Source: a virus. Taken from it: a stretch of 64,000 nucleotides of DNA. This document shows, in pieces, positions 48,801 through 55,742 of the stretch (positions are counted from its first letter, which is position 1; each line of letters opens with the position of its first letter). Position numbers and translations under genes: made by a program. The notes under the pieces were generated by a model. It had not been told where the DNA came from. It did not search any database and saw only the letters and a program-made list of their open reading frames with translations. The DNA is taken from positions 21,970 to 85,969 of IMG/VR virus record IMGVR_UViG_3300028299_000002. One strand, given 5' to 3'.

Positions 48801-51414
48801 ATTCCGGTGATCCGAAGAATGATGTTTGGTTCTGTGCCTGTTTATATCGTGATACAATCCCATCCAGTTCATCTTTACTGATCTTCTTTTTCGAGTCGGT
48901 GATCTTTTTCAATACCTCAAACTGGAATTGTGATCTCAATCCGGCCAATCCGATTAATATACCGTGAGATTCCGCCAAATCACCATGTCTGATCAGATTG
49001 CTTATTTCCGGGATCAATGTGGTAAGTGATAATTTTCGTTGTACGGTTAATGGAGATACGCCCACACGTTCGGCAATTTCTTCATAACTCATATCAACGT
49101 CTTTGAGTTTTTTATAGGCATTGGCCGTTTCAATCGGATTCATCTCTTGACGGGCAAGATTTTCCGCAACCTGGATGGCATAAAGTTCTTTTTTATCCTT
49201 GACATCTAATATCTGTGCCGGGATAGTTGGTAATCCGGCCAGTTTAGATGCTCTCCAACGCCGTTCACCAAATATAATTTTATGTGTACCGTTTTCAATC
49301 GGTCGTACTCCAATCGGCTGCATCAATCCGATTTTACGGATGGAGTCACCCAATTCTTTTAATTTCTGCTGATCAAAATCAACCCGTGGCTGGTCCTCGT
49401 CCCGGACAATCATATTAACACTAATTTCCTGAACATTGGCCTTGCTTTTTGGGATCTCCCCTGATGATCCAAATAGGGATGTCTGACTTGGTTCTTCCGG
49501 CTTTTTGACTTTAGAGTTCTCATACGGATTAATAAGTACCATCTTTCCGGTTTCTGTAGTCCGGAAATGACCAGATACGTGGGATTTGAATAGGAGGCGG
49601 ATGGATTTATGCAATTTGACAATTTCTTTATCATTTACCCATGTTCTATTATCATTACCTTTTTCATCCTGATATTGAATACAATATATTGGTTTACCTT
49701 TATCCGTTTTATCCAATTGACATACTTTGCCGGTCAATGTTCTTGATTTATGACCGTATAATGCCCCAATATCCTTCTGATGGATAGTTACTTGATCATA
49801 TAATCGGATTTTTGTTTTTATTTGATTTTTGATCTCATTATTACTTTTTTTTGAATAGTAATTGTATATCTCATCATAATTCATATATTTTTTAGAACGT
49901 GATCCGATTTCTTGATTAATAAATTTGCAAAAATGATCTGGCAGTATATCGACTATATAATCATAAGAAACATTTTTATTATTCCTATTTGCTTCATATA
50001 ATTTGAACCAGAATGAACCGTCAGAAAAATATGGTGGTTCGCCCATTATAAAACGCCTTAAATCATCTCCCGATTTTCTTGATTTAATTTCTTTAATAAA
50101 TACCGGAAGGATAATCTTTTGATTCTTTTCAATATCTGATGTTAGCAATGGATATTTGATATTTGTCGCACCCGGTATTTTAGTTTTGGAGTTACTATAC
50201 TCTCTCACACTCGCAATCTTACCCAAGGCCGTTACCCGTGTATGTGCCTTTACATGGGATTTCTCTATTTTACCACCCTTTTCATCCTTCGCTGGTTCGA
50301 TCCGTTTGCCCTTATCGTTTTCCGGTGTCAGTTCGCTCCATACCTCAATGAAGTTCTGCTCATCTTCAGTAAATAGTTCATCATAATCATCCGGTGTATA
50401 CTTACCGCCCGGTTCATTCTTTTTATTTACCTTTGGCAATTCAAACGTATCGCCCTTACTTTTCGCTAAGGCAAATTTCCGGGACAGTTTACCTTCCAGG
50501 TATCCGTTTAACAGTTCCGGTGATATATAATTAGTTCTGCATACGTTTGGTGTATTACCCAGATGTTCAGAAACAAATTTCAATGCTTCCGCAACAACCT
50601 TTTTACGCTCGTTATCTTCACCCTTGTTTCCTGCATTAAGCAGCTGTTTTGTGAATTCAGCATTGGCCCTGAATGTCCGTAAATCCTTCGCCGTTAATCC
50701 GTATATACCAAGATATTTATTCACTCCATCGGAATTGACATTGCCCTTTGCGTCAATCTCAAATAACCGTTCCCCAGGCAATTGCTGTAATTGTCTTAAT
50801 GATTCTACCACAACCGGATCGGTGATCTCATGGGATTGCTCAACACTTTTTTTACCGATATAATTCAGAGTAACCGAATTCTCATTGAATATCACATGTT
50901 TTTTCAACAATGTGGTTATTCCATGAGTATCATTGCTTTCGGTATATTTTTCATTACCAACACGACCACCCGTTAAATCAATAATACGAACGGCCAAAGC
51001 AGTATATTTCTTAACCATATTGCTGCCGTTGATATCGTTATTTACGGCTTCCCGGAGTTCCGGGAGTCGATGGATCGCATTGGTGATCCGTTTATATTTT
51101 TCGCCTTGTTTTTGATCTACAAACTGCTGCTGATATCGCCGTTGTAACCTGCCCTTACTATCACGCCATTCATGGGTATATTTATCGTGCTTATCATAAG
51201 CATAGGCATGTTTAGCGTCTTCCGGGATGCCATGTTTTTTATATTCCGATGGATCAATAGCCTGGCGTTTAGCGGCCTTATTTTCCTTTGGTTTGGCTTT
51301 TCGCCCTGTCGGACGTTCACCATATTGAACATCGCCCTTTTTATCAATCCAATATTTGCCGCCTCTGGCTCCCGGTCGTTTGATTTTCGATGTCGATTTG
51401 AATATAAATTTCAT
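45832..51414 (-). CDS. Giant polyvalent protein: topoisomerase IB, ParB, DUF3293-like, LPD5/zincin/LPD1
   Basis: DSKGRLQRRY, GGRVGN, KDLRTF, LGNT..NY; QPIGVR..GERRWRA..ENLARQ; NQDSV; FGKKIGGARKD, HEYFHALDH, EMAARAF. Confidence 0.85.
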   Translation of the reverse strand: MKFIFKSTSKIKRPGARGGKYWIDKKGDVQYGERPTGRKAKPKENKAAKRQAIDPSEYKKHGIPEDAKHAYAYDKHDKYTHEWRDSKGRLQRRYQQQFVDQKQGEKYKRITNAIHRLPELREAVNNDINGSNMVKKYTALAVRIIDLTGGRVGNEKYTESNDTHGITTLLKKHVIFNENSVTLNYIGKKSVEQSHEITDPVVVESLRQLQQLPGERLFEIDAKGNVNSDGVNKYLGIYGLTAKDLRTFRANAEFTKQLLNAGNKGEDNERKKVVAEALKFVSEHLGNTPNVCRTNYISPELLNGYLEGKLSRKFALAKSKGDTFELPKVNKKNEPGGKYTPDDYDELFTEDEQNFIEVWSELTPENDKGKRIEPAKDEKGGKIEKSHVKAHTRVTALGKIASVREYSNSKTKIPGATNIKYPLLTSDIEKNQKIILPVFIKEIKSRKSGDDLRRFIMGEPPYFSDGSFWFKLYEANRNNKNVSYDYIVDILPDHFCKFINQEIGSRSKKYMNYDEIYNYYSKKSNNEIKNQIKTKIRLYDQVTIHQKDIGALYGHKSRTLTGKVCQLDKTDKGKPIYCIQYQDEKGNDNRTWVNDKEIVKLHKSIRLLFKSHVSGHFRTTETGKMVLINPYENSKVKKPEEPSQTSLFGSSGEIPKSKANVQEISVNMIVRDEDQPRVDFDQQKLKELGDSIRKIGLMQPIGVRPIENGTHKIIFGERRWRASKLAGLPTIPAQILDVKDKKELYAIQVAENLARQEMNPIETANAYKKLKDVDMSYEEIAERVGVSPLTVQRKLSLTTLIPEISNLIRHGDLAESHGILIGLAGLRSQFQFEVLKKITDSKKKISKDELDGIVSRYKQAQNQTSFFGSPESSNVITGISQINNNKVEAVKRQLAGLLGNVVKAAERIIDNKNYKLAPAILKQQGKLGKTKEELKLLQNYLSTIVKELETADAFFHSGGSVQQYLTKQNVKKETRKKRWVRKSFELFKSIVRQHTKMSASGKLVTVNQYTNKKTKKSPVSSGHPINRSWELPKEDSKNNHNAKIPESLSEKCKQDMPGKGGEIHLSKKEVTTLLKYGIVGFISAGINPNDPDDKKLTEPDIKNREKKLREDLIKKGLKFVKVTGKYGEIEDSYMVMVPNVKDKELVELGKQYNQDSVIYCDHNKNKMIYTTGKNDGQYYPGSGFELLNNSAMDYYTEIDTTGGKVKFSLKFDFGKLLKSVHFLIRGKVFPVGHVSVHKDGTMWKKIKSTGKPEDWKEVTGAAKKKVLARRKEGNIIDFGKKIGGARKDTAQFGYSRNKRTTKKNTLSPWRDKYIVLKRVDGSGWVIGKKGDKYGLATRRDSVYNSEKEAEKAIPLYAVAEKFRVFQDRNEKDRYSILKRITDRKFLKIVDRTFATEEEAKLYMVKHAEELLETKTTFGEEILPAPEIAIRRGTVRRNQDATPEMFMKKFKPRGIEFGNWNNQSERQQVLNHAYDGLLDLADVLGVTPSELMLGGELAIAFGARGAGLSGAKAHYELDYGVINLTKMKGAGALGHEYFHALDHYFARKDSKSPSEKIINDNGDKVFRKTNIDRNFISHGEGYHSQLKPEMIATFKSLMDNIYKKPVKYVEDREKVDIFVNKAREQIKSSIDSIRKDLKSDLTKTYTWRSNTRGLLPASKEQLAEFDKLTKLLIKGKDLKLKYYPSTNSKSRYGSGHFSSDTLESISKIYKDVRGRSGFDNQNRYGCMDELAAAMKIYDGRLQMVNDAKKSTVKTKSVPTSYAIEAKKLDQARVGDYWSEPHEMAARAFAAYIEDKIKGKGNQSDFLVYRAHGEIIVPMIDGFIAIPYPEKEERTTINKEFDKMFKVIRKQKELRKSVFGGE

Positions 51415-51608
51415 TTTTGTTCATCATTCCCCGGCTCCTCTGCTTCATGCCAATTTTTAATTGTTATATCGGTGATTTCTTCTTCTGTCACCTTATAAAT
51501 CTCTTTATTTTTCCTGATTACAGGATGCAAATAAATAACACCATGCGTATCAGTGCAAGCTACAATACATTCCTCTCCGGTTTTATTATATAAGACGTGA
51601 CGTGCCAC
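51411..51608 (-). CDS. Hypothetical protein
   Basis: 65 aa, ATGA-coupled to the polyvalent gene. Confidence 0.55.
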   Translation of the reverse strand: MARHVLYNKTGEECIVACTDTHGVIYLHPVIRKNKEIYKVTEEEITDITIKNWHEAEEPGNDEQK

Positions 51609-51976
51609 TATATCCTTTTTACCAGTTCAATCATTAATCCGGCAACCAACGCCCCGCCTATATCCCAGATGAGAAAATACTGCAAACTGAATTTCCGACC
51701 GTAAAACGCCAAACGTCTAATAACATTACTCAATAATGATTTGTCCGGATTAACGGTGAATTTATAATGCCATATTTTAAATCCGTCAATAATATTGAAT
51801 AATGTCATAATCCCATAAGCAATCAGTATTCCATAATGGTATAATGACCCCAAAATAATTGATAATACAAACGTCGCCGCCATCCGTCTGCAATACCGAT
51901 ATTCCCGGATTAGTTTACCGTTCCGTTGAATATGACTGTAACCGATAAATCTCAGATCATAATTGATTTCAAACAT
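51608..51976 (-). CDS. Membrane protein
   Basis: 2-3 hydrophobic segments. Confidence 0.55.
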   Translation of the reverse strand: MFEINYDLRFIGYSHIQRNGKLIREYRYCRRMAATFVLSIILGSLYHYGILIAYGIMTLFNIIDGFKIWHYKFTVNPDKSLLSNVIRRLAFYGRKFSLQYFLIWDIGGALVAGLMIELVKRI

Positions 51977-51991
51977 ACGACCCCCAAATAG

Positions 51992-52288
51992 TTATAATAC
52001 AACCACCGTGGCAAACAGGATTGCCAATATTATATCACCAAATGTATCATACCAGTATTTTTCAATTGTACCATATATTTTCTTAACTATTTCCCAATCA
52101 CCCTTGCATTCAATTTTAAATTCTATTCGCTCCCAAATAATAGCGACCAATAAAACAATAAGCACCGATAGCCATCCGGCAAACCAGATATTAGCAAACT
52201 TGGCAATAGTTCCTCCTGCAATAGCATGGAACCATCCCCAATAATTCCCGCAAAATCCCCAATACAATAATTTTTTGTACCATTTCAT
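51992..52288 (-). CDS. Membrane protein
   Basis: WFHAIAGG, WERIE, DTFGDIILA; three TM-like segments. Confidence 0.6.
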   Translation of the reverse strand: MKWYKKLLYWGFCGNYWGWFHAIAGGTIAKFANIWFAGWLSVLIVLLVAIIWERIEFKIECKGDWEIVKKIYGTIEKYWYDTFGDIILAILFATVVVL

Positions 52289-52495
52289 TTAATCATCTCC
52301 CCTGCCACGTTTCAGATCGGCAATTTTGGGTTTTTTAATATATTCAACACAATCTTTGTATGAATTTTCATCGTCTGGTTCCGGTTCTTCACATGACTCG
52401 TCCGGTTCGATGTCGTCCTCTGATTCATCGTCTAACTCAATATTATCCGGCGCAGCTATATTCCTGATTCTTAATATTTCATCGGTAATTGTCAT
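52289..52495 (-). CDS. Small acidic protein
   Basis: Asp/Glu-rich core. Confidence 0.5.
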   Translation of the reverse strand: MTITDEILRIRNIAAPDNIELDDESEDDIEPDESCEEPEPDDENSYKDCVEYIKKPKIADLKRGRGDD

Positions 52496-52503
52496 TTAAT
52501 TGT

Positions 52504-53535
52504 CTACAATCCATAAGTTTTTAAATCATACGAACTTAATTTGAATTTCTTTTTGACATCAATATTTCGCGCCTCGCGCTCCAACTCCGCAATAGTTCTC
52601 TCAAGAGACTCAATTTCCCATTTTGTCGTCGCATTTTTTGCGATATCTGCCGGTACCGGATTGGCATCAATGACATCCCCTGTCTGATTTGTGTTATTAA
52701 CCGGTTTCTGGTTATTGAACAGTTCTCTCATCGTTTCCAGTTTATTCCGCAATTCGGAAACTTTAAGAATAATACTGTCCTTGATACGCTGGCCGGATAT
52801 ATCGAATTCAAGGGATTTGGATAAACCACTGTTATAAGAGTAGTTTTGACTTTTAAGGTCTTTTATAAAAGCATCCCTTTTCTTAATATTCCCAAAAAGC
52901 CGAATACCCCAGAATGGACTGCCATCCCTATTCTTCGTTTTGCCATCGTGGTAACTAACAACATATTTTGCTTTTCCGACATTGTATTGGAGATCATACA
53001 GTTTTTTACTCTTTTTCCCTGCCGGTTTTTTGTCGTCCCTATCGGCCTTGACTTTATTATATACATCAGCAAGTACATTTTTATCAACTGTCCCTGGTTT
53101 TCCGTTGGACACTTTATTTATAAATTCTTCCAAGCTATTTGCATGTTTTGCCTTTTTGTACAGTATGGCATTTACTCGTTTCCATTCTGGACTGAGATTT
53201 TGGGTTTTCTTCGTCTTCACATTTTGATACTGTGAGACATTCGCAATCTTGCCGGTCTTTGTTTTTCGGGTGTGCGCCTTCACCGTCGATTTACTCAGCC
53301 CCGCACCGCGTTCCGGTAATAGTTCCTCTACCGATTTTGTAGCCAGCATCTTCTTTGCTGTCTTTTCATCCACATCATAATGCGTCATCACCCGTTCAAT
53401 ATCAGTCTTCGGTTGCCCCTGTTTTCTTGTCGATTTAATCAGTATCCAACCATCGTCTGTTTGCACAAAACGGCTCATTGCCACCGGTTCATCTTCACGA
53501 TGAAGATTTCCATTTTTGTCTGCTACGTATATCAT
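52504..53535 (-). CDS. Multi-module protein with KS sites and one basic tag
   Basis: ILIKS, GLSKS-TVKAHTRKTKTGKIANVSQYQNVKTKK, GLSKS. Confidence 0.7.
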   Translation of the reverse strand: MIYVADKNGNLHREDEPVAMSRFVQTDDGWILIKSTRKQGQPKTDIERVMTHYDVDEKTAKKMLATKSVEELLPERGAGLSKSTVKAHTRKTKTGKIANVSQYQNVKTKKTQNLSPEWKRVNAILYKKAKHANSLEEFINKVSNGKPGTVDKNVLADVYNKVKADRDDKKPAGKKSKKLYDLQYNVGKAKYVVSYHDGKTKNRDGSPFWGIRLFGNIKKRDAFIKDLKSQNYSYNSGLSKSLEFDISGQRIKDSIILKVSELRNKLETMRELFNNQKPVNNTNQTGDVIDANPVPADIAKNATTKWEIESLERTIAELEREARNIDVKKKFKLSSYDLKTYGL

Positions 53536-53930
53536 AACTCTATCTCCTTTTTCTCTCGTTTTATTTCGTTAATGAATTCTTTTACCCGGTTGATCACAAC
53601 ATCGTACTGTTCGCCGTTGTTTCTTTCGGTCAATACCGATGATAGTAACGCTATTGCTATATCCAACTTCGAATCCTCATAATCCGGATTAATTATGACA
53701 TTAATTGAATCTCTGAATTGAATCAAATCCCGCATACTGAATTCGTGTATATTCATCTCACCATCTAATATTATTGTCTGCTTGGCAATATCCGGTGATA
53801 TTTTATTCAGTTTTGCCATGATCTGAATCATGGTTGTCTGGTCCATCCCCGGCAATTCGATAATATTGATCTTATTGGGATCAAGCTGCTTGATTATGTC
53901 TTTGGTTATTTTCATTATTTCCATTCCCAA
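53532..53930 (-). CDS. Hypothetical protein
   Basis: Coupled ORF. Confidence 0.6.
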   Translation of the reverse strand: MGMEIMKITKDIIKQLDPNKINIIELPGMDQTTMIQIMAKLNKISPDIAKQTIILDGEMNIHEFSMRDLIQFRDSINVIINPDYEDSKLDIAIALLSSVLTERNNGEQYDVVINRVKEFINEIKREKKEIEL

Positions 53931-54133
53931 TGATTTTCGTTTAATATTTCACCCGCCTCGTCACAAATACATTTACCTTCCAGTTGATTTTCACCAACAC
54001 ACCCTTTTTCCGGCCATTTCTTAGCGACACTTGTTGATATGCGTCTAAAAGAAATCCCCGATTTTCTCCACAACTTTATTATATTTGCCTCATATTCGGT
54101 GAATACTACTTCGTGATTATAACTCTTGGCCAT
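53915..54133 (-). CDS. Hypothetical protein
   Basis: 72-aa ORF. Confidence 0.55.
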   Translation of the reverse strand: MAKSYNHEVVFTEYEANIIKLWRKSGISFRRISTSVAKKWPEKGCVGENQLEGKCICDEAGEILNENHWEWK

Positions 54134-54138
54134 TTATA

Positions 54139-55269
54139 TCATCTCAATTCTGGATTTTTATCAAGCCATTTACGTCGTTCAGCGTCTTCTTCATCACTGC
54201 TGACATATTTTATTTCACCGTCCTTGATATACATATATTCACTGTAGAATCTGACCCACCGGCACCTCCCACTCACATGACACAATACCCCCGGACTTGC
54301 CAATTCGTGATGTTCACGGTTTACATATCCCTTATCTACCTTTTTACGTTTCGCCGTAGACCTTCCTATATTCGTTTTGGTTGACCAAATACAGGTATCC
54401 CATATCTTTGCTATGCTTTGGTACTTATCGCTTGCCACGGGCAAATTAGCGTACTCCGGCGGTGGATTATCAATTACTTTCATCACCTTACCATGAATAT
54501 TATCCAAACACCATCCGCAAGCATCTATATGACTAACGCCTACCACATATTCACCGGATCGGACACCACTGATAAAACCGGCATTAACTAAAGTATTCAT
54601 TTCAGTAATGGCAATTCGCTCCATATCCCGGTTTAACATACTGTCATCACCAAATTGCTCAAATAAACGCTGTGCAAGGGTTTCAGGGCTTATACCATCT
54701 ATATTTGCATTGATCAATAATTGTCTAAGCCGATGCTGTGACGCTTCGCTAATACCTTTTATGTGTTCGGCGGCTAAATGTTCTGCCATATTAATATATC
54801 TGACCTGTTCCCAGGTTAATTTCCCCTGATTTATGGCATCCCGGACAGATTTAGGTAAATTTGCAAGGTCTAATGCAATCTCTTTTTCACCCAATTCCAC
54901 CATGGCTCCCACCAGGAACGATTTCAGGACCAGTTCAGTGATACGTTCGATCGGAATACCAAATAATTTTGCTAAGAATTCCTGAAATTTATCAATGTCT
55001 TTATCAGACATTTTCTTTTTTAACAGGTTTTTTTCGGTAATGTACTTTAGGACACTTTCATTCAGATCCTTGCGTTTCCACAATTGACCGTAATATTTGT
55101 TCTCAAGTTCGGCAATTATCTTATTTTCACCATCGCCGGGTTTCAACCGGTGTGCGTGCTTGGACTTATTCAGTCCCAATACTTCAATCAAACCATCTAT
55201 GACAATGGATTTCTCAAATCTCGTTGCATTCATTAACTGTTCAGGAATTTGGATATTTATCTCTGACAT
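54139..55269 (-). CDS. Head morphogenesis protein (SPP1 gp7 / Mu gpF-like)
   Basis: DMERIAITEMNTLVNAG, DACGWC, CHVSGRCRW. Confidence 0.85.
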   Translation of the reverse strand: MSEINIQIPEQLMNATRFEKSIVIDGLIEVLGLNKSKHAHRLKPGDGENKIIAELENKYYGQLWKRKDLNESVLKYITEKNLLKKKMSDKDIDKFQEFLAKLFGIPIERITELVLKSFLVGAMVELGEKEIALDLANLPKSVRDAINQGKLTWEQVRYINMAEHLAAEHIKGISEASQHRLRQLLINANIDGISPETLAQRLFEQFGDDSMLNRDMERIAITEMNTLVNAGFISGVRSGEYVVGVSHIDACGWCLDNIHGKVMKVIDNPPPEYANLPVASDKYQSIAKIWDTCIWSTKTNIGRSTAKRKKVDKGYVNREHHELASPGVLCHVSGRCRWVRFYSEYMYIKDGEIKYVSSDEEDAERRKWLDKNPELR

Positions 55270-55270
55270 A

Positions 55271-55621
55271 TCAATTCCCGTTATCCCTTATTACCTTAAA
55301 TCCCTCTTTGGCCGAATATTGCAACATTCTGAAATGAAAATAAGGATACATCTCACATACCATTTTCCATTTCACCGTTGAATCTTCCATGATATAACCG
55401 CCCTTGATTTCCTCAAAACTGACCACGCCAGTATTATCGATGATCATAAAATCCGGAGTATAATAGCACTTATCACCCAGGCGAAATTTCACACCCTCAA
55501 ATTTATAATCTCTGATCTCACCATTCCGTTTTAACGCTTCAAGGCTCCAGGCATATTTTGCCTCAGTCTTGTTCATTGTGCCTTTTGGTAATCGCCCGGC
55601 TCGTGCAAACTGTTTTATCAT
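55271..55621 (-). CDS. PD-(D/E)XK endonuclease (DUF1064-like)
   Basis: MNKTEAKY..YTPDF..EIKGG; probable ATG at 55621. Confidence 0.75.
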   Translation of the reverse strand: MIKQFARAGRLPKGTMNKTEAKYAWSLEALKRNGEIRDYKFEGVKFRLGDKCYYTPDFMIIDNTGVVSFEEIKGGYIMEDSTVKWKMVCEMYPYFHFRMLQYSAKEGFKVIRDNGN

Positions 55622-55731
55622 TACCCGCACCTGTCAAATAAATATGTTCCAACCATTAGAAGAACGATAAATAGAAACACCATTGCTATCTGAAATGAAT
55701 CCCCGATTTTCCGCCTTGTTTTATACTTCAT
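55621..55731 (-). CDS. 36-aa single-TM protein missing from the ORF track
   Basis: MKYKTRRKIGDSFQIAMVFLFIVLLMVGTYLFDRCG*; TAATG overlap with the next gene. Confidence 0.55.
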   Translation of the reverse strand: MKYKTRRKIGDSFQIAMVFLFIVLLMVGTYLFDRCG

Positions 55732-55742
55732 CGCAGCACCTA

